Virus record (IMG/VR): IMGVR_UViG_3300045988_117149
Source of the DNA: a virus
Direction: 5' to 3' (one strand)
DNA length: 64,000 bases
Shown here: in pieces, positions 1 through 9,447 of the stretch
Layout of the letters: the number at the start of each line of letters is the position of its first letter
Numbering within the stretch: the stretch's first letter is position 1
The notes under the pieces: model-generated
The model's input: only the letters and a program-made list of their open reading frames with translations
Database searches by the model: none
What the model was told of the DNA's origin: nothing
Translations under genes and position numbers: made by a program

Positions 1-311
1 ATTTTTTTTTCGTTGATGTATACACTATCGAACTGTTTACCATCTATCTGTAGATAAGAAAAGCCGATATTATTAATAAATAGTTCCCTGAGTTCCTCTA
101 ATTGTTGGTATGTACCATCCTCTGAATCTTGACATACTTTGATTATCAGACCTGAGCAGAAGTATAACTGAAAGTAATAAACCGTAGTTTCTACGTTAAA
201 CCGAGTGCTCTTAATATCAGTAATCCATACCAAGTCCCTACAATTGAATACATTAGTGGGATTAGTATTTACTGGCTTAGTAAACCATTTTATTATTCTT
301 TGTAATATCAT
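1..311 (-). CDS. hypothetical protein, N-terminal part only (gene runs off the left edge)
   Basis: The ATG at 311-309 overlaps the TGA of ORF 308-514 (ATGA). The frame stays open for >100 codons to position 1 (MILQRIIKWFTKPVNTNPTNVF...). It is absent from the ORF track because there is no stop inside the window. Confidence 0.45.
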   Translation of the reverse strand, partial: MILQRIIKWFTKPVNTNPTNVFNCRDLVWITDIKSTRFNVETTVYYFQLYFCSGLIIKVCQDSEDGTYQQLEELRELFINNIGFSYLQIDGKQFDSVYINEKK

Positions 312-514
312 AATGAATCTGTTAATGGGTGTTCTGTATGCCCATCCTTTTTGCAATGAGGGCAAATATAATAATCAATGAAGATACCTCGTGAATAATT
401 TCTATTCCACTTCTTTCTATGTGCTCTCTTTTTACAGAAGTCACATTTCCAATAAGTATCAAGGTATATCGAATATCCTATTAGGAGTATTCCTATAATT
501 ATAAAGTATTTCAT
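308..514 (-). CDS. small membrane-anchored zinc-ribbon protein
   Basis: N-terminal hydrophobic helix (FIIIGILLIGYSIYL) followed by CDFC...CPHC cysteine pairs; tightly packed with its neighbours. Confidence 0.55.
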   Translation of the reverse strand: MKYFIIIGILLIGYSIYLDTYWKCDFCKKRAHRKKWNRNYSRGIFIDYYICPHCKKDGHTEHPLTDSL

Positions 515-593
515 ATCTTAATGCCTTATGTCCTTTATTCGTAATATACCTTTCCTCCTACGGAGAAAAAGTATATACTCATAGTACTTCTAG

Positions 594-2081
594 TTAACTG
601 TTAGTAAGGCTATGGTTAGGATGTTTCTTCCATAGCGTATCTAACAATATTACTTTTAGTTCTTGTCTCTGATAATACTGCTTCCTATGTTTACCATGCC
701 TATCTAAGTAATTGCCTGGATAGTGAAGGTCATCGAGATACACTCGAGATTTCGATTCATCGGTTCTTACCAAACGACCAAGGAACTGAATTGATTTTTC
801 CTGGCTATCCATGGATGCAGCATTAAGTAGATACCTAAGCTTAGGAAAGTTTTTACCTCGAGCAATGATTGTAGTTGATACCAAGATATCTATCTTGCCT
901 TCCCTAAAATCTTTCATAATTTGTTGTCTCCTTTTAGTGGGAGTATCAACATGCACATAGGCAATATTATAGGCATCGCCCAGTTTCTTTTTAAAGAATT
1001 TATATAGATTTTCACAGTGTGCAATATGCTTGCAAACTACAAGTGCAGGATATCTGCCATAGGATAAATTCCACTTTAACCGAGATAAAGCCATCTTCCT
1101 TGCTTTCTTATTTTCGGTAATGGTATCATCGTATATTTCCTTATAGGATATACAATCTGATTCCCAATTACCATACCAGGGTTTACCAGGTACCATCTTT
1201 ACGATTGTTTTAGTAGAATAACCTTTTCGAATTGAATCCTTAAGTTTAAACTCAGCAAGTACATTACCAAAGAAACAACGTAGGTTCATATTCTTAACTC
1301 TATCCTTAGCAAGCTTACTCATATAAATCGTACCAGATAAACCGATACGAACTCGAGTATTAAAGAGACGAGTAATTACATTCTGATATTGCTTACTACC
1401 TCCTTGGTCAGCCTCATCAATAAGTACCATATCAATCTGAGATAATTCCTTTTGATAAAATCTCATGTTACGAGAAATAGATTGAACCATACCTATGGTG
1501 AAGTTACTCCAATTTAAAACTTTGCCTTGAACGAATGTGATATTCTCTCCCGGGAGATATTGCTTGAATTCTTCTCTAGCTTGATTCAACCAGTCAGAGT
1601 CATTAGTTATTAGCAAAGTCTTTAACTGCTTCTTATAGGATAGATATAAAGACGACATGATAAGAGTTTTACCTGCATTAACCGTATAATCTAAAACACC
1701 AATCTGAAAAGGTTTACCTCCTATGGTATTACTGATTATTGCCTTGACAGCTTTCTCTTGTTCAGGTCTTAAAATATACTTACCTATCTTCGTAACAACT
1801 TTACTGACTTTAGGTAAGGGTTGTCTCATATCTACAACTTTAGGTTTAATCCCATACTCAATACATTTCTCATATATCAAAGGAAGTAAACCTATTTTAA
1901 ATTGACCAGTCTTGGTAATATAATGTATCTTACCATCCCAGTTCTGCATCCCTCTTTGCCTTGTACGTAAGTAGAAGGCATTGGGATGTCTTATTGCAAA
2001 CTCTTGGTAGAGTTTCTGTGCGAACTTAAGAGGTAAGTCCAGTTCGCACATATTCCCATTCTGAATTATAATCTTACTCAT
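594..2081 (-). CDS. superfamily-2 DEAD/DEAH-box helicase
   Basis: Walker A VNAGKT, motif II LIDEAD, motif III LSGT, and a C-terminal helicase lobe (IIARGKNF). TAATG overlap with the upstream gene. Confidence 0.8.
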   Translation of the reverse strand: MSKIIIQNGNMCELDLPLKFAQKLYQEFAIRHPNAFYLRTRQRGMQNWDGKIHYITKTGQFKIGLLPLIYEKCIEYGIKPKVVDMRQPLPKVSKVVTKIGKYILRPEQEKAVKAIISNTIGGKPFQIGVLDYTVNAGKTLIMSSLYLSYKKQLKTLLITNDSDWLNQAREEFKQYLPGENITFVQGKVLNWSNFTIGMVQSISRNMRFYQKELSQIDMVLIDEADQGGSKQYQNVITRLFNTRVRIGLSGTIYMSKLAKDRVKNMNLRCFFGNVLAEFKLKDSIRKGYSTKTIVKMVPGKPWYGNWESDCISYKEIYDDTITENKKARKMALSRLKWNLSYGRYPALVVCKHIAHCENLYKFFKKKLGDAYNIAYVHVDTPTKRRQQIMKDFREGKIDILVSTTIIARGKNFPKLRYLLNAASMDSQEKSIQFLGRLVRTDESKSRVYLDDLHYPGNYLDRHGKHRKQYYQRQELKVILLDTLWKKHPNHSLTNS

Positions 2082-2665
2082 TACTTAATGATTACCGTTA
2101 CGCCTTTAGATTTCTCTTTACCAGAAACTTCCTTTAGTAATTTTACATGATGTTCTTCATCGGCAATCAGCTTCTCAAGGAAGTAATTCACATCATCATA
2201 ATCTTTACGGTCTTCATACTGTTGGATAGCTTTCTGAATCTTTCGATAGTGAGCTATAGTTTCCATCTCTGAACTTAAAGCAATCTTCATTGCCTCTCCC
2301 CAAGTAGAACCAATCCCAATATTGGGGTTGATACTCATGGTAGAGTAATCTTCATAGGGATCTGCCTTCTGTAGAAAATCTGATATCTTATCGAGATGTC
2401 TCATTTCTACCAAACCAATACCCAACATCAGTTCTGAGATTTCATCAAACCGAGAAGATTGCTGAGTGTACATAATAATTGCACTGAGCTCAGAGAATGT
2501 AGCATTCTTCCAGATTACATAGAACAGGTTAATTATCTCATCAGGCCATGGTTCGATATCCTTAAAATCTGGATAATCCACGGATTGGTCTGAATACTTG
2601 AGGACATCTATAAAAGCATTAGCTGCATCCTCTACTCTGTTTCCGAAAAATTGTAAACCTTTCAT
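2081..2665 (-). CDS. ferritin-like (diiron-carboxylate four-helix-bundle) protein
   Basis: E / ExxH / E / ExxH pattern: SELSAIIMY, LVEMRHL, SSEMETIAHY, ADEEHHVKLL. Confidence 0.6.
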   Translation of the reverse strand: MKGLQFFGNRVEDAANAFIDVLKYSDQSVDYPDFKDIEPWPDEIINLFYVIWKNATFSELSAIIMYTQQSSRFDEISELMLGIGLVEMRHLDKISDFLQKADPYEDYSTMSINPNIGIGSTWGEAMKIALSSEMETIAHYRKIQKAIQQYEDRKDYDDVNYFLEKLIADEEHHVKLLKEVSGKEKSKGVTVIIK

Positions 2666-2666
2666 A

Positions 2667-3488
2667 TCATTTTCTTATTTTATCCCAAAGGGAACCTTCA
2701 ACTTCTGGTTCACCTTCAAGTAGTTGTTTATTCTTATATTTATATAAATACTTATTGTATCTTTCAATTGCTTTATCCGTATACATTTGTGCAATATCTG
2801 GTAACCCATTGCACCATGCAAGAGATTCAAACTGAGCATCGATGAAGGTCTTATAATTCCAGCCCTCCTCTTTTAGGAATTCACCTACCTTTGCAAAGTG
2901 TACATACTTCTCAGGTTGATTTTCATAAGACTCATATATACCAGTTGCCTTAGCAATCTTACCTATGAAATAATCATGTATCTCTTTAGTAAGTTCTAAA
3001 TCTGAATGTTGTAATTCTATCTCAGCATCTATCTGATTAGTAATGTTTTCTTGCATGGATAATAACCTTTGCATAACATTCCGATAATCCTTCATCCTTT
3101 TTAACCCGGTCTCTATGTATTTGATAAAACCTTCTCGGGTATCAAATTTAAAATCCTCACAGAATGTATTACATATCTCGGCAAGCTTTTTACAATTTGC
3201 CCATTCTCGAGAATTACTTTCATTTATTTTACGAACTCCCCTATGCTTTAACTTTATACGGGTTGCATATAAAATATCGGCAACAAGGGCAGCATCCCCC
3301 TTAGATGCTAGTAAAATGTTATTAACTCGCTTAGTATTCTTATTATTAGAAACTAAGACTGCTCTATGATTTATTGCCTCCTTTCGAGCAATAACAAAAA
3401 AAGCCTCAACTGGGAAGTTATCTACCTCTAAGGTATTTAATATTTCCTCAAACTGAGACTTAGTTATATGGATAGATGGTTCACGCAT
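2667..3488 (-). CDS. hypothetical protein of the replication module
   Basis: 273-aa ORF lying 1 nt from the next gene; no motif recognised. Confidence 0.55.
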   Translation of the reverse strand: MREPSIHITKSQFEEILNTLEVDNFPVEAFFVIARKEAINHRAVLVSNNKNTKRVNNILLASKGDAALVADILYATRIKLKHRGVRKINESNSREWANCKKLAEICNTFCEDFKFDTREGFIKYIETGLKRMKDYRNVMQRLLSMQENITNQIDAEIELQHSDLELTKEIHDYFIGKIAKATGIYESYENQPEKYVHFAKVGEFLKEEGWNYKTFIDAQFESLAWCNGLPDIAQMYTDKAIERYNKYLYKYKNKQLLEGEPEVEGSLWDKIRK

Positions 3489-3521
3489 AAATATATTATT
3501 TTATAATATAATAGGAACTCC

Positions 3522-4475
3522 CTATTTCAATGAGTTTCTGATTGATATCAATTCTTGATAACTTTGATACCGAGTAGCATATACTAACTTAAGTGTTTTA
3601 GATTTCCCCAAATCGTTTACATCGAATCCTTCCGGTAAAAACACCACCTTAATCTTTTTATAGGACACAAGTTTGAGCGTCAGATTGATTGCGTATTGCT
3701 TAGCGTCTGGGTCCAAAAGAATAATAAATCTCTCGCATTGGGATTTAAGTAACTCATTGACTTGGAATGCAGATATAGCTTTACCCATTGTGGCAATTGC
3801 TCTATCTCCGAGAGTGAGGGCATTAAGTGCTCCTTCGCAAATGAATACCGACCGATACATTTCCAACGCATCATGATTAAAGATGATAAACTGTTTTCCC
3901 AAACCGGTAATGTCTTTGTCTGGGTTATTATATCTGGGTCCTTTGCCGATAACATTTCGAGCATTGTAATATCTAAGTTGTCCTTGATAATAGAAGGGGA
4001 TGATAAGGTACCCATATGTCGTGCCCATTGTTCCATATCCGATACCACATCTTGAAAACTTCTCGATGTTAAAGCCGCGTTTCTTGACATACCCTCGAAT
4101 GCTTTTTGCAAGTTGGCTATCCCCGAGCGAAATGTTTCTAAATCCCTCAGGGAGATATACTGGCTTACTTTCGGCAAGCTCAATTTTCTCTTCCTTAAAC
4201 TGTAGTTCATCAAATTGGCCATTGTTCAAAAAATTAATTAGTTCATGGTACTCAGTAAATCCTTCTATGTCCATTATTAGTTGAGCAGGAGAAGGATGGG
4301 CATTACATCTAAAACAATTGGTTCTATACATAGAAAGGTTAACTCCCAACTTATGTTCTCTCCCACAATAGGGGCAAGTTGGTATACGCATCCAGCCATG
4401 CCTATAATCATAACCCCCTAATCGTTTAATGAAGTATGTCCTTAGTCTAGATTTAAACTGATTGGTTATTTTCAT
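3522..4475 (-). CDS. DNA primase (zinc finger + TOPRIM)
   Basis: CPYC...CFRC zinc ribbon at the N-terminus. TOPRIM-like acidic motifs FICEGALNALTL and ILLDPDA. Confidence 0.8.
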   Translation of the reverse strand: MKITNQFKSRLRTYFIKRLGGYDYRHGWMRIPTCPYCGREHKLGVNLSMYRTNCFRCNAHPSPAQLIMDIEGFTEYHELINFLNNGQFDELQFKEEKIELAESKPVYLPEGFRNISLGDSQLAKSIRGYVKKRGFNIEKFSRCGIGYGTMGTTYGYLIIPFYYQGQLRYYNARNVIGKGPRYNNPDKDITGLGKQFIIFNHDALEMYRSVFICEGALNALTLGDRAIATMGKAISAFQVNELLKSQCERFIILLDPDAKQYAINLTLKLVSYKKIKVVFLPEGFDVNDLGKSKTLKLVYATRYQSYQELISIRNSLK

Positions 4476-4598
4476 ACCCTCTTATAGCTTTTCTAAATTA
4501 CTTTTCGAAGTTTCTTTAAATCCTCTAAATCTAAATCATTAATAGCAATGATTTGCCAACCATTATGAGATATTTCTAAAGCTATCCCATCAGACCAT

Positions 4599-5180
4599 CT
4601 ATCTTTTACTACCTCTACTCTCTTTGTTTTCATAACTGTTATTTAATATATTACGAATTACCCTATCACCAACTCCAAATCTCTTTCCTAGAACCCTTAA
4701 TAAAGTTTTGTTTACTTTCCATTTAGTAAACCCTAATTGGATTAGTTCAGATAGTAATGTATTATAATAAGCTTTTACTTTAGGTATATCATTTAAGTTT
4801 AATTTACGATGTATATTATCCTTACCCATTACTGAAATCAGATTATTACCATCCCTGATAGATTGGTGTACATTTTCTTTCTGGGTACCCCATTTTAGAT
4901 TCTTATAATAATTATTATAAATATCGTTATCTAAGTGCATTACTACAGGTAAATTATTGGGGTTAGGTACATAAACAGTAGCTACTAATCTGTGAACAAA
5001 AATCTTTGTAGACTTACCATCCCTATAAAGGGATACACTATAGTATTTGGGACGTTTCTTTGGTATTAGTGGGGTAAACTCATTACTTAATTTACCCCTA
5101 CTTCCTCGGACATATCTTGAATATACGCTCCCAGTTTTAGAAACGTAGTATCCCATAAATCCTGGTATATTATCTTTCAT
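4599..5180 (-). CDS. free-standing HNH homing endonuclease (NUMOD4 / HNH_3-like with C-terminal HTH)
   Basis: IPGFMGYYVSKTGSVYS (NUMOD4-like), then VMHLDNDIYNNYYKNLKWGTQKENVHQS (HNH_3-like). TAATG overlap with the helicase stop. Confidence 0.85.
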   Translation of the reverse strand: MKDNIPGFMGYYVSKTGSVYSRYVRGSRGKLSNEFTPLIPKKRPKYYSVSLYRDGKSTKIFVHRLVATVYVPNPNNLPVVMHLDNDIYNNYYKNLKWGTQKENVHQSIRDGNNLISVMGKDNIHRKLNLNDIPKVKAYYNTLLSELIQLGFTKWKVNKTLLRVLGKRFGVGDRVIRNILNNSYENKESRGSKR

Positions 5181-6616
5181 TATATATCTCCTTGCTTTTT
5201 GTTATATTTCTCCATATTAGCATCTGGGTTACTAGAACTTTTTAGAGAATTATCCAGTTGTTCTCCATATACCCTGTCATATTCTTTTCGTTGTTCTCTA
5301 GTAAATTCGGTACACCGTTGAGTTTCTGTAGAGCATTTAAAAAGAGCTCTACCTGATGGTAGACCATCCCTTTGAACCACTATCTCGGCCCTTAATATAT
5401 CATCCCTTTCTTCTTGTTCTGTAGCATTTAACCCCATAATTACTTGAGCATTTCTTACTATGGCTATAGAACCAGATATATCATTTTCATCATATCTGGT
5501 TTTTCTATGTTTTTTACCCTCTCTAGTAATATGATGTGCAGTCCAGATTATATCAAGTTTCATTTCTTCGGCTAAGTTACTCAAGTCTATATATACATTG
5601 GATATTCTTTCGAAATCTTCTCTGTCTCTAGATATTGATGCAAGTTTACCTGCGTAGTCAACCATTAGTACCCTTATATCTATACCCTGGTTACGCAATT
5701 GAATTATCTTTTCCCTGATATATGTGACATCGGTAATCATTGCAGGAACCCTTTCAACTACCAATTCAACTCCGAACCTTGCAAGCTTTCTTAAATGCTT
5801 TGCCTCGAGTTTATCATATTCACCTGAGTATAATTCTTTCTTGGTTTTATTAATACTTGATTGAATGAAACGGTCCATGATTTGGTCCTGACCATTTTCT
5901 GTATCTATGTATAATACTGACTTCTTCATTCTGAGATAACCTCTTGCAAGGTTTACCATGAAAAATGTCTTCTTTGCTTTAGGTTTATCCAATATCACAT
6001 TTACAGAATGTTCTGGGTAACCTCCTGCATTGGTAAGGTCATTCAATTGCCTATATGGGCAAGGTATTACGGATGGTTCAGATTGTCTTTTAAACTGTCT
6101 TTCTGTAACATCTCGTATCATATATAAGGGTTCATCCTCTTTCTTAGGTTTACTTTTCTGAAGTACCTTCTCAATCTTCCTTGAATATTCTTCATATTGT
6201 TCGAAGTTATCCAAGTCGAAGGAATCATTTAGGTTCTTCATTTCAACGTAAGTAGAGAACTGATATATCCTTTCCTTGATATATTCCGAATCAGATAAGG
6301 GAATATGATACAAATTGCTTATCAATTTTTGAATACTTGGCAAGTCATCCTTAGTTACTAAATCGACGTATGCCTTTGATTCTAGCAATTCTTTTATAAC
6401 CTGCTTCAGAATATTTTCTGAAGGCATCTTGCCTTGCTTTTTAAAATACTTTGATATGCCCTCGAATATAAGAGCATGTTCTATGAGAACCAGATAACTT
6501 GATTTAACCCGACGCAGGACTAAACCACCTTCTTTATCCCTTAGAATGAACCGGAGTATCTCTAACTGGAAGTCCGGAGTAAAACTAAATTTAACTGAGT
6601 CTTTAAACTTTTTCAT
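5180..6616 (-). CDS. DnaB-like replicative helicase (RecA-fold ATPase)
   Basis: C-terminal RecA-like core with a degenerate Walker A (DKPKAKKT) and Walker B (VLMVDYAG). The track start at 6685 is a TTG; the first in-frame ATG is at 6616 (MKKFKDS...). Confidence 0.6.
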   Translation of the reverse strand: MKKFKDSVKFSFTPDFQLEILRFILRDKEGGLVLRRVKSSYLVLIEHALIFEGISKYFKKQGKMPSENILKQVIKELLESKAYVDLVTKDDLPSIQKLISNLYHIPLSDSEYIKERIYQFSTYVEMKNLNDSFDLDNFEQYEEYSRKIEKVLQKSKPKKEDEPLYMIRDVTERQFKRQSEPSVIPCPYRQLNDLTNAGGYPEHSVNVILDKPKAKKTFFMVNLARGYLRMKKSVLYIDTENGQDQIMDRFIQSSINKTKKELYSGEYDKLEAKHLRKLARFGVELVVERVPAMITDVTYIREKIIQLRNQGIDIRVLMVDYAGKLASISRDREDFERISNVYIDLSNLAEEMKLDIIWTAHHITREGKKHRKTRYDENDISGSIAIVRNAQVIMGLNATEQEERDDILRAEIVVQRDGLPSGRALFKCSTETQRCTEFTREQRKEYDRVYGEQLDNSLKSSSNPDANMEKYNKKQGDI

Positions 6617-6762
6617 ATCTATATTGCAATATTTATAAACTAATAGATTTTGATAGTACCGAGATAGTTCTGAGCATGTTGACAACTATCTAGAAACATA
6701 CTAATCCACTACCTTAAGCTCAAGTATATTTAATATTATTATTTTATATAAGAAAAAATACT

Positions 6763-6770
6763 TATATTTG
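6763..6770 (+). promoter_or_regulatory. Bacteroidota-type -7 promoter box TATATTTG
   Basis: Matches TAnnTTTG, 23 nt upstream of the ATG at 6793. Shares the context TATATTTGCATAA-GAAT with the box at 47504. Confidence 0.6.
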
Positions 6771-6792
6771 CATAACGAATATTTAAAAGAAC

Positions 6793-7446
6793 ATGGGAAA
6801 AAGTAAAGGAAATAATGGCTCAGAGCTTCATAGATTAAAACCTATGCAGGAATATGATGAAGCTACATTCAACAGACTTTATAAAGTCTGTAAGCCAGTA
6901 ATCAGAAATCTTACCCGACAGATTGATTATAAAAGGTTTAACCTTACACCTGATATCATTCAATCTTATTTCTGGGATAAGATGCTATTTGTTTTCAACA
7001 AATACTATGGTGAATGTACTGAAGAACATCTTAAAGCAAGAATCCTTGCATCACTTAGTACATTCAAAAATAAATTGCTTCGTTCGGCATACGGAGAACA
7101 AGCAGAGTATAATCAAAGTCTCTTTAAGCTTGATGATTTATTCGATAATGATAAAGAGTTAGAGGATGATAGTGAACAAGAGAAAGCTAAATCCGAAATG
7201 CTTGATATGATGTATAAATATATGAAGGATAAACTTTCTCCCGATGCCTATCTCTTATTTGAGGTATTACTAACTCCTCCTCCTTTTATTAAAGAGAGAC
7301 TTGGGGATAGTACTCGAATTACCAACATAATGCTTATAGAGTTTTTTGAAATGCCTAAGACTAATGATTCCATGAGATATATCTCAGAACTTAGACAAGA
7401 TATCCAATACTGGGAAGATAGAGCTAAGGAAGAACTTAAGTATTAA
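6793..7446 (+). CDS. hypothetical protein, possibly a sigma-70-family-like transcription factor
   Basis: The only + strand gene within 47 kb, with its own host-type promoter and terminator. FNRLYKVCKPVIRNLTRQI...IIQSYFWDKMLFVF resembles sigma region 2; the functional call is weak. Confidence 0.5.
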   Translation: MGKSKGNNGSELHRLKPMQEYDEATFNRLYKVCKPVIRNLTRQIDYKRFNLTPDIIQSYFWDKMLFVFNKYYGECTEEHLKARILASLSTFKNKLLRSAYGEQAEYNQSLFKLDDLFDNDKELEDDSEQEKAKSEMLDMMYKYMKDKLSPDAYLLFEVLLTPPPFIKERLGDSTRITNIMLIEFFEMPKTNDSMRYISELRQDIQYWEDRAKEELKY

Positions 7447-7456
7447 CACAAAAGAA

Positions 7457-7480
7457 AAGGGGCGTTTCCCAACGTCCCTT
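7457..7480. terminator. hairpin between convergent genes (bidirectional terminator candidate)
   Basis: AAGGGGCG-tttcccaa-CGTCCCTT, an 8-bp stem with one G:U pair, lying between the stop at 7446 (+) and the stop at 7581 (-). Confidence 0.5.
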
Positions 7481-7580
7481 TCCCAACAGATTTTCAAAAT
7501 CAACTATGCAAACACGATTTGTAAAGTGTCCTAATACTAATAACTAATTCAATCTATATTATGAAGTGGAATGAAGTTAC

Positions 7581-8936
7581 TTATGATGATATCTTTTGGA
7601 TATATCGTAATGTAATAGTCGGTGGTAATTTTTCGATATTCAAAGTCTCTACCGAAGTCTCTTGTAAGAAACTTTCACCAAGCAAATTCCAGCTCACTAC
7701 AATAGCACCATCTTGGATTCCCTTAGTTGGAGTTCCTCTACCAAAGTCACCATTCAAACCTGTCTCTCTATTAAAGAAGGACTGAGGACGAACGTTCTCC
7801 CAGTTGTTAGCATTATCCTGCTTACCTTTAGATACACCAAGAGCATGTCTATGTTTAGGCAAATCATCCCCCTTAATCTGGATAAGAAAATTACCTTGAG
7901 TAGGTGTATAGTAATCACCCACATTCTGTAACATAGTTTCATCACCAATCTGAATACCTCCTGCTTGGTAACCAATAATTATTCTACCAGAAGCCTTGGT
8001 GTATTCTGCCCATCCTTCTGGGATTACATCAGTTTCCCAGAGGATAATAGAACCGATTGGGAGATTAGCAGTACTCAGAGACTCGGCAAATTCTTTTCTG
8101 ATTGCCTCAAGTTGAGCATCAATGTATTGTTTGATGTTCAATGAATTGCCTGCTTCATCTACTACTGGGAACCCAGTATTCATTTCTTCGGTTCTCTTTA
8201 TAGATTCTTTGAATGAACTATAGGTTGCAGTAGTAAAAGGTATCTCTTGGAATTTACCTTGGTAGGGTACGATTGCAAAGTTCTCATTTCGTTTTGTCAT
8301 TGCATCTGTACCCTTACCATAGATACCGATAAGAACAACCGAATTCTTATTATTAGAGTAATAAGGGCAAGCACTCTCTACCATCTCTAGAAGATTGCTA
8401 TAGGTCATATTATAATCGGAATATACATCACTATTGAGTATACTCGGAGTACGATTTGCCTCGGCAATCGGGTAATAGATATCGTTAGCCTTCTTGAATA
8501 AATCATAGAAGCTTTCTGAGGATTCATTCCAATAGGCTACGAAGTCTACTGGGTTATCTACTGGTTCTGAGATAGTAGTATGTACTGCAAAGAGTAATAC
8601 CTCTTCGGTTGAGCCTTGAGTACCTTGAATATTTTCGACAGTAAGAGTTTGCTCATCAGAGATAAATACATATCCATCTCTTGAGATACAACCAAAGTTT
8701 ACATCGGGTAATTCTCCATCTTCTGAAGCCTTTGCCATGTACCTTGCCATGATACGGTCCTTGATTACATTAGCATACTTACTCCCAGATACTCCTTGAG
8801 GAGATACCGTTAACCTACTACCATTTATGGTGGCTGAGCCGAAACCACAGAATGGCCCTAAACCAGAGGGAGCAGCAATTGCCTCTGCTGCTTCCTTTGA
8901 TTTAATGATACCTTCATACTTAAAGTACGTCTTCAT
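7581..8936 (-). CDS. tail fibre protein with C-terminal phage tail-collar domain
   Basis: LPIGSIILWETDVIPEGWAEY...LPKHRHAL matches the tail-collar pattern. Start moved to the ATG at 8936 (MKTYFKYEG). Confidence 0.75.
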   Translation of the reverse strand: MKTYFKYEGIIKSKEAAEAIAAPSGLGPFCGFGSATINGSRLTVSPQGVSGSKYANVIKDRIMARYMAKASEDGELPDVNFGCISRDGYVFISDEQTLTVENIQGTQGSTEEVLLFAVHTTISEPVDNPVDFVAYWNESSESFYDLFKKANDIYYPIAEANRTPSILNSDVYSDYNMTYSNLLEMVESACPYYSNNKNSVVLIGIYGKGTDAMTKRNENFAIVPYQGKFQEIPFTTATYSSFKESIKRTEEMNTGFPVVDEAGNSLNIKQYIDAQLEAIRKEFAESLSTANLPIGSIILWETDVIPEGWAEYTKASGRIIIGYQAGGIQIGDETMLQNVGDYYTPTQGNFLIQIKGDDLPKHRHALGVSKGKQDNANNWENVRPQSFFNRETGLNGDFGRGTPTKGIQDGAIVVSWNLLGESFLQETSVETLNIEKLPPTITLRYIQKISS

Positions 8937-9447
8937 TATTGTTATTTTTAAAGTTATTCTTTTGTTCTGCCATATCCTTAAATGCTTCACCCAAGTCCTT
9001 GAACTTGAAGGTTAACAATTTAAAGAGAATCTTCCATATACTGTACTTCTTTTTGATACCATGTATTTCGCAGATATGCCCATATATACTATCTACTTCG
9101 AAGCAATAGCATAACACCATTACAGTTATGGATACTACGATTGGGTCCATCCCATAAGGTTCACCTATAGCCTTACCAAGTACAGCTCCCAATAAAACAT
9201 AGCAGATATAATCTACTACTTTATTTAGAGTTCTTCTTCCAGCCCTAGATTTTCGAATTTCTATACCTTGAACTCTACTCGCAGATATACCAAACCATAA
9301 GTCGGATAGAATTAGTATTATTGCTAATACTATCATCCATCTCAGGTCATGGAGGATTTGAGTACATTCTCCCAATATGCCCACAGTAAATGTCTTGAAT
9401 AAAGACTGAGTTGTGGTCTCAGTGATTCTATCGATTGTGTTTATCAT
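8920..9447 (-). CDS. multi-pass membrane protein, holin-like
   Basis: 3-4 hydrophobic helices (IVLAIILILSDLWFGI, YICYVLLGAVLG, IVVSITVMVLCYCF). The track start at 9465 is a TTG; the ATG at 9447 forms an ATGA overlap with the upstream stop. Confidence 0.45.
   Translation of the reverse strand: MINTIDRITETTTQSLFKTFTVGILGECTQILHDLRWMIVLAIILILSDLWFGISASRVQGIEIRKSRAGRRTLNKVVDYICYVLLGAVLGKAIGEPYGMDPIVVSITVMVLCYCFEVDSIYGHICEIHGIKKKYSIWKILFKLLTFKFKDLGEAFKDMAEQKNNFKNNNNEDVL

Noticed and set aside
2-10. T9 run (A9 on the coding strand) at the extreme left edge, inside the partial ORF
   Set aside because: A/T runs of this length are common in AT-rich DNA, and the ORF is open across it. With the gene truncated by the window edge there is no evidence of a frame switch.
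3680-4222. 180-aa same-strand alternative-frame ORF nested in the primase gene (plus three antisense ORFs, 3673-4284)
   Set aside because: There are no start-context, coupling or motif features. Comparable alternative-frame ORFs occur in other long genes here (38270-38743, 39988-40449, 40932-41255), so it is within the expected noise. Overprinting cannot be excluded without comparative data.
4493-4633. 46-aa ORF (MKTKRVEVVKDRWSDGIALEISHNGWQIIAINDLDLEDLKKLRKVI) overlapping the 3' end of the HNH gene by 35 nt
   Set aside because: Short, with an unusually long overlap and nothing to support translation. It could be a remnant of the pre-insertion junction. Not called.
7561-7975. Small + and - strand ORFs (7561-7785, 7713-7931, 7754-7975) overlapping the collar-domain fibre gene
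   Set aside because: They are nested in a gene with a clear tail-collar motif, and nothing independent supports them.
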